In this document: one piece after another, positions 1-13,169 of the stretch
Layout: every line of letters begins with the position of its first letter
Numbering within the stretch: the stretch's first letter is position 1
From: Lytechinus pictus
Taxonomy: Eukaryota
Assembly: GCF_037042905.1 (NCBI RefSeq)
Contig: NC_087250.1
Span: 19,842,001 to 19,906,000, forward strand
Reading direction: 5' to 3'
Length of the DNA: 64,000 nt
Translations under genes and position numbers: made by a program
Notes under the pieces: generated by a model
Told to the model about the DNA's origin: nothing
Seen by the model: the letters and a program-made list of their open reading frames with translations, nothing else
The model's database searches: none

Positions 1-213
1 AGTGTTTTACTGCAACTACGTTCATTTAGCTTTAAACAAATTTACCACCCTAAGAAAATACTTAATTAAAAAAACCTTTGCTATTACGCTCCTGTCTCAA
101 ACATGTAGTTATTTCAAGATTCAATGCAACCGGACAAATTTCTAACTACTATTCCTACTACTCCTTCTCCCGAGTAATGATTGAAGGAAAAAAAATATTA
201 TTACCCAATTTAC

Positions 214-971
214 CTTTCCAGTTGTTCGATGAAAGAGAAGTGTGTGAAAGAGACTGAGAACAACCTCTTCAATCTGCCTCCCTTCGACAGTCTGTAAGAA
301 AGATGATACCAATATACACATGTCAGTCAGAGGAAATTGTTAAAGTACAAAGCTTTCATAGGGCAATGGTTAATCTGCTTTGATCCTCAAATTGGCAATG
401 AACATTATTTTCTATTCATGAGCATACTCTGAACAAAAATAGACTTGGATGCAACAATCCGAGTCAGAATAAATTATAAAAGTAACAACACATTGGCAAA
501 TAGCAATCATTTCAAAAAGTGAGTTTGTTTGTTTCGTTTTTTTCTTTCTTTTTACATTTGAATTTTTATTATAATTACATTGATACATGAGGGGCCTACA
601 AAAATCAAGCATTTTTATATAGGCCTAGTTAAGCCCACATCATCGCAATGTGAAAACATTGTGCTGCGTCTCGTGCTTCAACAGATAAAGAATGCTCACT
701 TGTAAAAAATGACATTACATGAAACTTCTTGTAATACATTCCAATATCTAGAGCCCCTTTTTTATATTTGCTGTGAATTACATCTTTCTACAGAACATGG
801 TTTATCTGCTTTACAGTACATGTACATGTAGGACTCATGACCTCTAATTTTTTAAATACATTTACAATGCCTTTGCCAATTTTGTATATTCAATGTGAAT
901 TAACTACTGTATCTTTCTACAAAAGAATGTTAATACTTTACCAATTCAAATGTTTGTGATCGAGCATTCAT
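214..971 (-). CDS. ATG101: Autophagy-related protein 101, 5' part: coding exons 971-942 and 291-214; gene continues beyond the left edge
   Basis: Spliced translation MNARSQTFEL|TVEGRQIEEVVLSLFHTLLFHRTTGK closely matches the ATG101 N-terminus (human [36 protein letters not shown]). GT-AG phase-0 junctions. The ATG exon has its own acceptor (ttttttcAG before 1030), implying an upstream non-coding exon. Confidence 0.93.
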
Positions 972-1354
972 GGTTGATTGGATCTGTATAGTTCCTTCTT
1001 AAGCTGATGGAATTACTGATCTATAATGACCTGAAAAAAAACCAATGAATAAACATATTGTTTATATCATAACCTTGTTCCTTAAATGAGTGTCTACTAG
1101 TATTGCAATGGCAGTTTAAATCTTATTCTTTGAATGATAAGAATATCATATTATTAAATATGGTCAGTCACTAGATTTATGATAGGCATAAATTATGAAA
1201 AAAAAATCATATTTTGAAAATTTGACCAAACATGAGAATCCTGTTTCATCGCACCACTATTGGGTGTTGCAAGAAAATATTTAAAATCAATTACAAATTT
1301 GAGATGCAAATTTCAAGTGATGGATTATTTTTAACTATATACCTAAATCAAATC

Positions 1355-1865
1355 ATTATACTAATAGCGAATAGGCATGAGTGCGAGATTTTGCATGAGG
1401 TGAAAGAAAGATGCTCTATTCAACGAGGCGTTAGCCGAGTTGAATAGAGCGTTTCTTTCTTCCACCGAATGCGAAATCACGCACTCTTGCACGAATAAGA
1501 ATATTCGCTATTTGTGTTGTACAACGCCTCGGAATTTAGCAAAAATATGAAAAAAAACAAGAGTTTATCCCTGTAGTAATCTTTGAAAAGGGAGCAAAAA
1601 TACTGTAAGCGAAAAGCAAAATCCCACAAGCGCACATGACCTTGGGCAGCATTGCGCATTTAGCCAGCAGGCTTATACGCGTATTGCACCTTCATTTTTA
1701 CTGAGCGCAATGAATTAAATCGTATTGTGACGTCACCTCCTAAAGCCGTACAACGGTACATTTTTTATGGTACGTCTTGTGTGCAACGGTACGAATGTTT
1801 GACATTCAGCCTCCCATTTGCTCGCGTACAACAAGCTTAGTAGGCGTTGTACAATGTATACTAGT
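1355..1865. mobile_element. Interspersed repeat with internal inverted repeats (possibly a Crypton-like non-autonomous element)
   Basis: Imperfect inverted repeats about 1362-1392 vs 1474-1512; TTGTACAACGCCT / AGGCGTTGTACAA pair; central ATTCAAC-GAGGCGTTAGCCGA-GTTGAAT hairpin. Family assignment is from recall only. Confidence 0.4.
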
Positions 1866-1905
1866 CGGTGCAAGAAGCAGACCATCATCAGTCAATTGCA
1901 ATTTT

Positions 1906-3150
1906 GGGACCTAAATTTGACTTGCGATCAAATGCAAGATTCTTCAGTAGAGGTGCCGGTCCAAAAATTGGGATTGTCCCAGAAAACAAGGATATCATCA
2001 TAAACTAAGAAAAATCATATCTTGATAAATTGGGATTGTCCTTGTTTATAGGGACATAAATTTGACTTGCGATCAAATGCAAGATTCTTCAGTAGAGGGG
2101 CCGGTCCAAAAATTGGGATTGTCCCAGAAAACAAGGATATCATCATCAACTAAGAACAAGTGGAATGCCTCTGGCCGTCTCACCTGCATCACGCGATTCA
2201 ATATAGCAGCAGTGCTGATTTTGAAAACTACTATAACTCGCACAAGATGTTCAGTGATACTTGGTTACTCTTATTTCCACGTTTTATGAACTAGACCAAT
2301 ACACTTATAGAGATATGATGGCAATTCAACAAATACCCCCAACGTGGCCAAAGTTCTTTGACCTTACATGACCTTTGACCTTGATCATGTGACCTGAAAC
2401 TCGCACAGGATGTTCAGTGATACTTGATTACTATTATGTCCAAGTTTTATGAACTAGACCAACACACTTTCAAATTTATGGCTGTAATTCAACAGATACC
2501 CCTAATTCGGCCAAAGTTCATTGACCCTAAATGACCTTTGACCTTGGTCATGTGATGTGAAACTCATGCAGGATGTTCAGTGATACTTGATTAACCTTAT
2601 GTATAAGTTTCATGAACTAGGTCCATATATTTTCTAAGTTATGATGACATTTCAAAAACTTAACCTTAGGTTAAGATTTTGATGTTGATTCCCCCAACAT
2701 GGTCTAAGTTCATTGACCCTAAATGACCTTTGACCTTGGTCATGTGACATGAAACTCGGGCAGGATGTTCAGTAATACTTGATTAACCTTATGGCCAAGT
2801 TTCATGAACTAGGTCCATATACTTTCTAAGTTATGCTGTCATTTCAAAAACTTAACCTCAGGTTAAGATTTGGTGTTGACGCCGCCGCCGCCGTCGCCGT
2901 CGCCGCCGCCGTCGGAAAAGCGGCGCCTATAGTCTCACTCTGCTATGCAGGTGAGACAAAAATCATATCTTGATAAATTGGGATTGTCCTTGTTTATAGG
3001 GACATAAATTTGACTTGCGATCAAATGCAAGATTCTTCAGTAGAGGTGCCGGTCCAAAAATTGGGATTGTCCCAGAAAACAAGGATATCATCATAAACTA
3101 AGAAAAATCATATCTTGATAAATTGGGATTGTCCTTGTTTATATGGACAT
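1906..3150 (+). repeat. Three tandem 145-bp units; the second is interrupted by an ~803-bp insertion
   Basis: AAATTTGACTTGCGATC recurs at 1913, 2058 and 3006. Confidence 0.9.
2156..2958 (-). mobile_element. HINE/DINE-1-like non-autonomous Helentron element
   Basis: Inserted in an A/T run with no TSD. Subterminal IR GTCTCACCTGCAT...ATGCAGGTGAGAC, terminal hairpin GTCTCAC...GTGAGAC, (GCC)n microsatellite, about four internal 165-190-bp repeats. Confidence 0.8.
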
Positions 3151-3759
3151 TTTTTTTCTCACTTACCCCTGCAAATTGATCGCAAATATTCGCGATCAAT
3201 TGCTAAAATTCTATTGCAATTTTACAACTGATGAATCAATGTTAGCTGTAGCAAATCAGATTGAACTTCTTGTTTCAAGGGGCAGATTAGCAATCAATCA
3301 CTAATTTGCAATTAACTACAAGACATATAATTGATTTAGGGACCAAAAATAAACTTGCAATTGATTGCAAGTTTCTTGTAACACCCCGTATTGCAACACC
3401 CCATAATGGGGTGTTACAAGAAACTTGCAATCAATTGCAAGTCTATTTTTGGTGCTAAAAATAGCATTTGGTGCTAAAAATAGCATTTTTGGTGCTAAAC
3501 ATAGATTTAGTGACCTCAATTCCCCCTAGTTCACCGTCTATTTTTCACGACTATTAACTTGCCGTCTTTCAATATTAAATAATCTTGTTAAGTAACCCGA
3601 TATGTTTACAATGACTAGCGCACTTGATTGGTGTCTGCATTTGAAAGGTGAATGAACTTATTTCCTAGATTTCTTGTGTTGAGAAATCTTTGAAAACTGA
3701 GACAGTCCCTGCAAACTGGGATGATCCAAATTTTCTGACCAGCACGCGCACCTCTACTG
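3038..3759. mobile_element. MITE with CAGTAGAGGTGC TIR and 5-bp TSD TTCTT (left end triplicated at 1945, 2090 and 3038)
   Basis: TTCTT|CAGTAGAGGTGC ... GCACCTCTACTG|TTCTT; subterminal similarity between the two ends. Confidence 0.7.
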
Positions 3760-4075
3760 TTCTTTGCAAGTCAATTTCTGCGAGTTGGGCAGAGCCAGAG
3801 CTTTGATAAGGGATATAAAAAAAATTCTTCATAAATTTTACTAACAATCACTAAAATGTCCCTTTTTAAATGAGGATATATGAAAAGAATCAGCCCCCCC
3901 CCCTGCTCACATTACGCCGATGAGATTACGTATCATTTTCACAAATTCCTACAAGTAGTCAATTTTTTTGTCCTTTTCAGTTAAGTATATCAAATATTTC
4001 AGCTCATCCTGCTTGTATTAATTGCTTAGAATTTATGCATCGTGGGATTACTTCTCCCTAAATGTCCCGACTTAA

Positions 4076-4960
4076 CCCTAGGAAGACTGGGGGGGTGATT
4101 CAGCCCCCCCCCCTCGACATTTTTGCGATAAATCCGCCGTTTGAAAATTTGTTACCGCATCGCTCACCGACATATTACTTTCAAGTCTCGCGCAACTTTT
4201 GAGACCAAAATTGTGACCCCCGGGTACACAGTTCCGAAATCACGCAACATTTTGATTGAACAGTAGAGGCGCACGGCCAATATTGGAGACTGTCTCCAAT
4301 GTGGGAGATTATCTCCAATATCAGAGACTTTTGTAAAGAATTTGGGTATCCAATTTCAGAGACAGTCTCCAGTTTTGGAGTCCAATTTCCTTTGTTTACA
4401 TTTGCTGCAAAAGGATTACCTTGGCGGCAAATACAAATGTGATAAGCAGATTCCTCATGAAAAATTAACCCTTTTCACCGTCTACTTTAAATATTCACCG
4501 TCTACTTTTGTTTTGATAAGGATTTTTGTTGTTAATCACACACAAAACAAATGGGCTTCTGACCTCAGTGAGACAAAATTTTGGGTGGAAAAAAATCATG
4601 CTTTTGTTGGTGTTGTTTCTTTTGTCCTTTTGCAAAGCAAGTCTCCAATGTGGGAGATTGTCTCCCCTATTGGAGAGAGTCTCCCATATTGGCCGTGCGC
4701 CTCTACTGTTGAAAGTGCATGCAGACCCAAAATCACTCAAAACCGTGAATTTGTGTACAAATTCAATGGGAATAGTTTTTTAATTTAGCCACAATTCATA
4801 AAATGTGTCTAGGCCTATCATTATTTTTCCTTTTACTGCTTAAAATCAATTAATTTTATCTTGTTTATGGTCAAAATAAAGTCCCCGACAATTTCCATTG
4901 AAAAAACAACGAAATACATAGTCATAAGAAATTTAGAAAACAATAGAATACATAAGAAAA
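4076..4960. mobile_element. piggyBac-like (TTAA-CCCT) non-autonomous element, left portion; right boundary uncertain
   Basis: TTAA|CCCTAGG start; related sequence at about 38460-38915, and reverse-complement ends (AGGGTTAA) at about 61088 and 62081. Confidence 0.55.
4261..4708. mobile_element. MITE with 23-bp TIR and 5-bp TSD TTGAA
   Basis: TTGAA|CAGTAGAGGCGCACGGCCAATAT ... ATATTGGCCGTGCGCCTCTACTG|TTGAA; subterminal GGAGA/TCTCC repeats. Confidence 0.88.
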
Positions 4961-5605
4961 TAAATGTGATGTGTTACGCGATGCACGCGGGGAAGAATAG
5001 GAATAGGCGCGGCGTAAACATCGGGCTGCTGCCACAGTGAGTAGCCGTTTTGGACTAGCTTGGCTGCCGGAGCTTGGACTCCGAGTTGGAGGAGGTTCGG
5101 CCAACTTCGCGGAAGGCTTGCGCTGGGTCCTGTAAATTCTCCGGGCAGCTCGGCCACGCCACCACGTTGTCGTTCTTGCCGTTGCAGCTCCTCGTTAACT
5201 TAAATCTGTTATCACTCACTCTCCAACGTCAATTATACGTACGGCATTATACTCAGCAGGAATTCCGTATGTATAGCAGATTCACAAGTGAAAACAAAAA
5301 TCAGTGTAGATTCTTGGAATTTCAAGATCAAGACAGACGTAATGAAATTCTTTTGTTGACGAAATAAGTGACTCGGCCGGATGTCTCAATTGAAAACTGT
5401 ATCGTCGACAGAGCAAAATTAAAAGAAAAAACGCCTTCCACAGCCCGGTTCCACAGATCATCATCATCATTGTCATCATCACCATCACCCCCCCCCCCAA
5501 AAAAAAAAAAAAAAAAAAGGACATGTACACCCAAACAAAAACTTGATTTGAAAAAAAATTGAAAAATCCAACGAGCACAACACGAAATTTAAATCAAAAT
5601 CGGAT

Positions 5606-6710
5606 CCCAGAAGGAAAAACCAGTAAGACCAGTAATTTTTTTTACTGGTTTCCAGTATATTTTTACTGCATGGGCCAGTTGATTTTTAACTGGACCAGTA
5701 AAAATCAACTGGAGACCAGTTCCAACAATTGCATTCCAGTTGAAGCAAAGTAGTAATACCAGTTGAATTGTTTTTCATCAAACTGGTGTTACTGGTCCAA
5801 TAAATAATGACTTTATTTCAAGTCAGATCATTTGACGAATTATGGAAAATGAATCTTGCAATTTAGAGAAAGTTATTATCGTAATCATTGTTATCATCAT
5901 TCTTCTTATAATTATAATAATTATTATTATTATGATTATTATGATCATTGGTGTTATCATTCTTATTACTGTTATCATTGTTATTGATATTGTAATTATT
6001 ATTAATATTATCATAATTATCAAGTATTAACATTATCATTAAAATAATTATTTCCTTTAATTATGATTAACATCAAAGCAAGATATATTCCTCTGATATA
6101 GTCAACTGGTCTAAAGTAATTCAATGTTAGAAATTGAACTGGTCAAGACCAGTAATACCAGTAATTCTGATGAGGCTGATCACGTGGTTTACCTCATAGT
6201 TGCATATTTCCTTTTTTTAAAGAAAAATCAGGATTTAGAATGGAATATCCTTGCAATATAATGGCACTCATTGTTGTTTAAAAACTTTCCAAATAAGTGT
6301 GTGAACTAATTCACAATGAAAATGTGTAATTTCATATATCACATTTAAGATAAAAAAAAAAAAAAAAGATTAATTTACTAACCATCTTTTCCATCACATT
6401 TCACTGACCATATATAACAAACCAAATGCATGTAATAAATTGATCCAGTAAGACCAGTACGAGGACCAGTTCGACCAGTTCGAGGACCAGTAGAAAATAC
6501 CGGTAAAGACCAGCTCGAATATTGGATACCAGTATGACGACCAGTGAGACCAGGAACAAGACCAGTATAAATTTCCACTAATTCAAGACAAGTTTAATTT
6601 TTAACTGGACCAATCAGTATGACCAGTTAGACCAGTAAACCGATGTTCCAATTTCCAGAGTTACCAGTTAAAATTCTACTTGTCCAGTGGAACTGGTTTT
6701 TCCTTTTGGG
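5606..6710. mobile_element. CCC...GGG CMC/EnSpm-like MITE with 2-bp TSD AT
   Basis: TIR CCCA(G/A)AAGGAAAAACCAGT; dense ACCAGT/ACTGGT subterminal repeats; removal restores host CGGATGTAAAATAAG. Confidence 0.88.
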
Positions 6711-6781
6711 ATGTAAAATAAGTTTCGCTTGATTTCACAAAACAGTTGCACATCCTGCCGGCCTATACAAAATGAGGAGAC

Positions 6782-9159
6782 CATGGGTGTCGATCGGTAT
6801 TCTTGGTTGGGGGGATGATTGACACAAATGTTCTTGTGGATGGGGATCTTTCAACATTACCCCCACTAAAATCACAAGTTAGGACATTTGGGAGTGGTTG
6901 ATATGCATGGTGTTCTTGCAGTGGCGTACCGTGAGTCACGGCATTGGGGGGGGGGGCACCAGCAAAATTTTTGAGTCACTTAGTGAGCGCGCGAAGCGCG
7001 CTCAGTTGCCAGGTATACTGACCTAATAGGGACATTTTAAGGACAGTGCCATTAAACGGATATGCTCAAATAATGCGAGCGCGAAGCGCGAGCTGAAAAT
7101 TTTTGATATGCAGACCAAAAAAGGACATTATAAGCAAATTTTTGTAATCATGATACATACCTGTCTCGCTAAACAAACAATGCGAGCGCGAAGCGCGAGC
7201 TGAAATTTTTTGTAAATATTGACCCCAAATAAGGACATGTTAAGGACTATATTTTAGGAATCCATTAAGAGTATACATATCTCACCATAGTCATCTAATG
7301 CGAGTGCAAAGCGTTTGCTGATTTTGCTACATCTAAACACATGAAGCACTTTTTGTAGTCATTGTAATCATGATAATACGCATCTCACTCATCAAATATT
7401 GCGGGCGCGAAGCGCGAGCTGAAAATTTAGGATATTCAGACCTGAAGAGAGGCATTCTAAGGCCTGTTTGTAAGAATTCACTAAGACCATACGATACGTA
7501 TTTCACTAATTAAACAAATGATGCGAGCGCGAAGCGCGAGCTGAAAATTTTTTATATTCAGATCAGAAAAAGGGACATTTTAAGGACTGATTTTTAGGAA
7601 TTCATGAAGAGCAGACATATCTCACCAATCTACTAGTGCGAACGTAAGCACGGACGGGAAATGTTTTATATTAACACCTTAAAATGGGGCAATCACTTTA
7701 AGTAGTCATGAAAAAGAACCATATGTCACTACATAAAACAATAATAAGTCGAAGTGCAAGGAAATATATTTGGTGTATATTGACTTAAAAACGTTAAACA
7801 GACAATGCGAGTACCGGGAACAATGAAGACATCTAGGCCTGAGCAAAATAAAGTTATGAAAAAATGTTTCTTATGTATTATAACATAACATTATTATAAT
7901 TTAACATTATAATGAACAATAATTTCTTAATTCCCACTATATACGTTTCTCTTCCTTTCTCCTCTTCCCCGCTTTTTTTTTGCCAGCCGATTGGGGGGGG
8001 GGCACGTGCCCCCATGCCCCCCCCCCCCCGTAGTTACGCCACTGTGTTCTCGGAAATTCTTTCATTGTTGCAGTGTACTGTATTTATATATTTTTTTTGA
8101 AAATTCAATTTGTGTTACAAGTAAGCCTATTCTAAACTCATACTACAGAAAAAATGACAAAAATTGTCTGGACCATGTACAAAGTGATCTGTTTATTGAA
8201 CATGATGTATACAACTTCTCTCTTAAATCTAACCCGACTGGCAATATCTTTTTTCTTCTTAATGCATGATGCTAAAATGCAGATTCGGACAAATTAAGAC
8301 TAGCACAAATTACAAACTGTGTGGCTTCTCGTGCGCCATCGGGCTTACCGTCATTCCTTAGACGATTTTAACATGTTTTAAATGCTTTATAAGTGCATGA
8401 AACAAAAACAAACATAAAAACAATCAAAACTCAACTATCATGTTATGATATTTCTCCAACATTTTCTTGAACCATCAGTGTGTAATATCAGCTAATATAT
8501 GTGTTAAAATGAAATTTACGTACCGCATGAGTGTGCTCATATAGAATGCAAAACTGTCATCCCTTTCCAAACTCAAAAGAGATTTCTTTTTGCCAAAATA
8601 CGAACAAATCAATCAAGTTTAGTTATTCAAGTCCATAACAATAACAAGAATAACATGGAAAAAAAACAGCCGATGTTTATATCCGAAGATACGCTTTAGA
8701 GATAAATGAATGATTATTCTTTCTGAAACCATTAATTGATTTCACTTATTGAAAAATTGTAAAAATATGATCATATTACTGGTGGGATGGAACACCCTAT
8801 CAACAAAAGTTGTTTTTCGTCGGGGTCCTTTTATGTCATGTGTCAAAAAATATCATCTACATAAACATTTCATTCTTTTTCATCTTGAACCTCCACCCAT
8901 CTGTTTAAAAGTCCTGGAAAAGAATGTTTTTATTTTAAACAATATACACAAATTGCGAGGGAAACAAACTGATTGATGGCATACTATAATCATCACTATA
9001 ATCATCATGATCAAACTTTTCGTTTTTTCATCATCATTATTATAAATTTTCTACCCTAAATTATTGGGGGGATGATAATACAGGCCACCCCCCCCCCACT
9101 TGAAATATTGGGGGGGGGGATATATCCCCCCCATCCCCCCCCCCTGATCGACACCCATG
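6782..9159. mobile_element. hAT-like non-autonomous element with 8-bp TSD GAGGAGAC
   Basis: TIR CATGGGTGTCGATC / GATCGACACCCATG; perfect 8-bp TSD. Confidence 0.9.
6919..8044. mobile_element. hAT-like MITE nested in the 6782-9159 element
   Basis: TIR CAGTGGCGTA / TACGCCACTG; TSD TGTTCTTG / TGTTCTCG; internal GCGAGCGCGAAGCGCGAGC repeats. Confidence 0.85.
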
Positions 9160-11238
9160 GAGGAGACTGATTATCATCCACTCACTATTTCTTTTGTATT
9201 TTGTTACATGGAAAATTTGAAAATTTCTAATAATTTGTTTCTCCTCATTGTCAAGTGAAACAATGATTCCTCTCTGAGCATTAGGAATTAGTATTGTTTA
9301 ATATTTGGTTCATTCAGTAATTGGTTCTATATTGTTAAATCTGTGAAAATGAATTATTGTATTATTCAAACAATTAAAAAAAAAAGAAATAGTGAGTGAG
9401 CGGGACATATCATCAACTGCATGTCTCATTTGCTTGTTGCTGAGTTTTTTGTGCATATCACTATTTTGTGAACAATCATAAGCCAGCAAAATTTAAAAAT
9501 ATCGTAACTTTCTTATTTTACATCCGATTTTGATGAAATTTTCAGCGTTTTGCTATAGTTTGATTTTTCTCTATTTATTCAAATCAACTAATGGTTGGGG
9601 GTGGACTTGACCTTTAAAAGTTTAAGTTGTGAGTAAATGGATATAGGTGTCGATCAGTGCTCAAGTGGGGGGGGGGGGGCGATATGATGACCGGGCGTAT
9701 GCAGAATATTTTCCCGGGGGAGCTATATAGGGGTAACTCCTATAGCTAATGCGTACAAGTTTTCAAAGAATCTCGAAAGCAAAGCAACCGAGCTTGCCAT
9801 TGGGGTGATTTTGCATTTTCTAAAGTGGGGATGGTGAAGAAGGATTTCTTGCACACTTTCAGTTTTTGAAAAAAATAGTGGTAAAAAGATTATATAAAAA
9901 AAATATGGGAACTGCCCCCACGCTACGTACGGCCATGGGATAACTGACCCAACTTTTGTTCTCGGGGGGGGGGGGGGGGGGGGGTAAGTAGCATATAATA
10001 TGAGTCTGAAATTTAGACGCAAAATCAATTTTTTTATGCTTGTTGGCCCCTTTGATACAGAAATCTAATTTTGTTATAGATTTTGACATATAAAAAACAG
10101 ATATAGAGTATATAAAAAAATTACCCCTTTTTCTTCCATGGCCCCAGCCGGACATGACCCCTATTGGGGGTAGTCTTTAAGACGACATTTGAAAGTACAA
10201 GCTCTATTTCTACGTAATTACTATACGTATAGACGTACTAGATCAATTTTAATTGACATGAAATTGAGCAATTTGGAGGAATTTTATCGGTTTTCGGAGT
10301 TATTAACCTTTTATACAATCTTTTAATGTTCAATTCTCAATTCTTTTAAATGTTCTCCACTTATTTTACATCATAAACCGGGATAACAGATCACAAAAAT
10401 GAAATGACAGTCAAAAGGGTATAATTAAATAAATTTCTAAAAGATAATGTCATGTATAAAATAATAAAAATGTTATTCTCTTCCATCGTGGATTTTTTTG
10501 TTATTTCTCCATCTATCTATTTAACAATATATAAAAGGAATGGTTCATATTCAATAACATAATATTAAAGTATTCAGAGAAAAAAATGCGTGTATACGAC
10601 AATCATTATATTTTTTGCGATTATATTGTTATATGATTCATCATAAACATTATGATGTTCGACCGCAACTTATTGGGGAGGGGGTGATTACACACGCCAC
10701 TCCTACTTAAAATGGGGGATATATCCCCCCCCCCCGTGATTGATAACCATAAATTGAATGAGTCCGAACATCAAAATAATTATGATAACCATCACTACCA
10801 TCATCACGATAATCATTATCATCATTATAGTGATGATGATGATGATAATACTATAATGATAATAGTAATAATAATTATTAAAATGATAATAATAATAATA
10901 ATTATAACAACAATAATAATATACTATCATTATTATCATGATCATACTTGTCATAATAATGATTCATCATATCAGAATAGGATCTTCGATCTTAAATTAT
11001 TTGCGGGATGATTACACAGGCCATCACCCCCCCCCCCCTTGAAATACTGGGGGATAAATCCCCCGCCCCCCGGGATCGACACCCATGCCTACGCTTATGT
11101 CTTTCATTCCACTTTATTTTATGCTCATATATCAGGTACATAGTGCAATGATATGCCACTCAGTATATGCGCAGATGATCACCACTATCATTTTGCAGAC
11201 TTCAGACCTCTTTGAACCCCTTCAAACCCCTTCATATA

Positions 11239-11495
11239 CCGGTGTTTTGGCTCAGTTGGTAGAGTGTCCATCTCACAACCGGGAGGTCGGGGGTTCAAAC
11301 CCCGGCCGCGTCATACCAAAAGACGTTAAAAGATGGGAGTTGCTGCTACCCTGTTTGGCGTTCAACGATTAAAGGGATAGAGCCTCGTCGATTTGGCGCT
11401 GCACAGCGGCTGCCGGGCCCACGATCAATTGGGCAAAGTAAATTTTCGGATTATTTCATTTCATGTCTATTTCGAACAATAAAATATGGATTTTC
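11239..11495 (+). mobile_element. tRNA-derived SINE
   Basis: A box TGGCTCAGTTGG, B box GGTTCAAACCC, tRNA-like head followed by about 180 bp of non-tRNA body. Confidence 0.8.
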
Positions 11496-11980
11496 TTTAT
11501 TCTATGTAACTATCGATTCCAACTTAATTACTCCAGAATGTCAGTGTCAAGGCAAAACATTAAACAAATAGAAATGATATAATTCTGGATGATCGAATAA
11601 ATAAATAAATAAATAAATAACATAAGTGAATATTAAACAAAATCGTTTATGCAAAATTTATTATAATTTTATACAAAGTTTATACAAAATCTGAATAAAA
11701 AGAAAAATTATAACTGATAATAATAACATTGATTACACCCAAACCATAGATGCTCAAAAGAACCGATTGATGATCAGTAATGGATAGACAAATACACTCT
11801 GTCTATGGGCTAACATTTGCTTTCATATATATTTTTTAAAGTACATATTCTCTACAGCAACCAATTACAAAACGGAATTCAATGCGTTGCATGCAACATC
11901 TCTAAGACCAAGGATCAACCCTCCCTTCCCTTTATCTGTTTATCATTCTTAGTGCAGACCCTTCACATCATCCTAATTGA

Positions 11981-12528
11981 TTAAAGGTCAAGTCCATCCC
12001 AGAAAAATGCTGACTAGCATAGTGCTGAAAATTTCATCAAAATCGGATGTAAAATAAGAAAGTTATGACATTTTAAAGTTTCGCTTATTTTTCACAAAAC
12101 AATGATATGCACAACTGGGTGAGTCAGTTGATGATCTCCATCACTCACTATTTCTCTTGTTTTTATTGTTTGAATTATACAATATTTCATTTTTTAGAGA
12201 TTCGACAATAAGGACCAACTTGACTGAATCATATAAACAATGCTAATTCCACCTGTTCAGGGAGGAATTAATCATTGTATCACTTTACAATGAGGAGAAA
12301 ATTAGAATATTTCAAATAATAGAATACAAAAGAAATAGTGAGTGGATGATGTCATCAGTCTCCTCATTTGCATACCAGCCAGGATGTTTTGTGAAATTAA
12401 GCGAAATTTTAAAATGTCATAACTTTCTTATTTTACATCCGATTTTGATGACATTTTCAGTGTTATGCATGTTTGATTTTTCTCTTTTTATTCAAATCAA
12501 CTATTGTTGTGCTGGACTTTTTCGTTAA
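11981..12528. mobile_element. TTAA-flanked Kolobok-like MITE, uninterrupted copy
   Basis: TTAAAGGTCAAGTCCA ... TGGACTTTTTCGTTAA; long subterminal IR TCATCAAAATCGGATGTAAAATAAGAAAGTTATGACATTT. Degenerate relatives at about 49850-50372 and 55780-56112. Confidence 0.75.
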
Positions 12529-13169
12529 GCACTAAACTGCTGCAAGAAATTAAAGACCCACCGTTATCTTCTGTATGAATATTTCTTTATATCTATCTAT
12601 CTATCTATCTCCATCACATCCATAATCATTCGTTGTTACGATTTTATTTCATTTTATTTCATTCATTCATTCATGTACAAACGGTATACCAAATGTTTGC
12701 TAAACAGTCCACCCCATTGATGTTTTAAAAATAATATTTCTAATAAGTCACTTAATTGAGTGGGTGGGACATCCATTGATAAATGAGTTTCCCGCCTTCC
12801 TTATGACATGGAAGGAGCATGCAGACAATGAACAATTTTAATTAGTGAGTTGATCTTAATCAAATAATGTACACTCGACATTCTGCATTCTTTATATGAT
12901 GTATAGCGTCATAATGCTCATACCACACGTCACCGGAGTAAATAATTACATCATAATAGTTAATAATTACAGAGCTGAATAAAAGGGACTCAAATACTCT
13001 ATCAACGTACGGATTTAATGTGTTAGTCATTAACCCTGCAAAATGATGACTGTTTGGGCGAATGCAGAGTTTCGTTATCAAATTCGAATCACTCCGCTGT
13101 TAGCACGCAACCAAACCACATCATTCATTTCGTCCATCCTCGCTTAGTTTGATCCATAAAACTGCAATC

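Larger units (their letters stand above)
5515..9617. mobile_element. TTAA/AAAGG-terminal (Kolobok-like) MITE expanded by nested insertions
   Basis: Pieces 5515-5605, 6711-6781 and 9160-9617 join into a relative of the uninterrupted copy at 11981-12528; right end GTGGACTTGACCTTTAA. Confidence 0.7.

Noticed and set aside
3530..3635. ATG101 promoter or first exon (CCAAT-like motif and possible donor)
   Set aside because: Signals are weak and lie within the TTCTT-flanked MITE; not supportable without transcript data.
4922..5367. GC-rich overlapping short ORFs
   Set aside because: No recognisable protein or convincing splice chain; adjacent to and probably part of the piggyBac-like element.
5823..11011. 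Ile-, Tyr- and His-rich ORFs at 5823-6030 and 10703-11011
   Set aside because: Degenerate (ATT)n/(ATC)n microsatellites.
11239..11312. Functional tRNA genes here and at 62241 and 59853
   Set aside because: Imperfect cloverleaves that continue into SINE bodies; two of them are copies of one SINE family.
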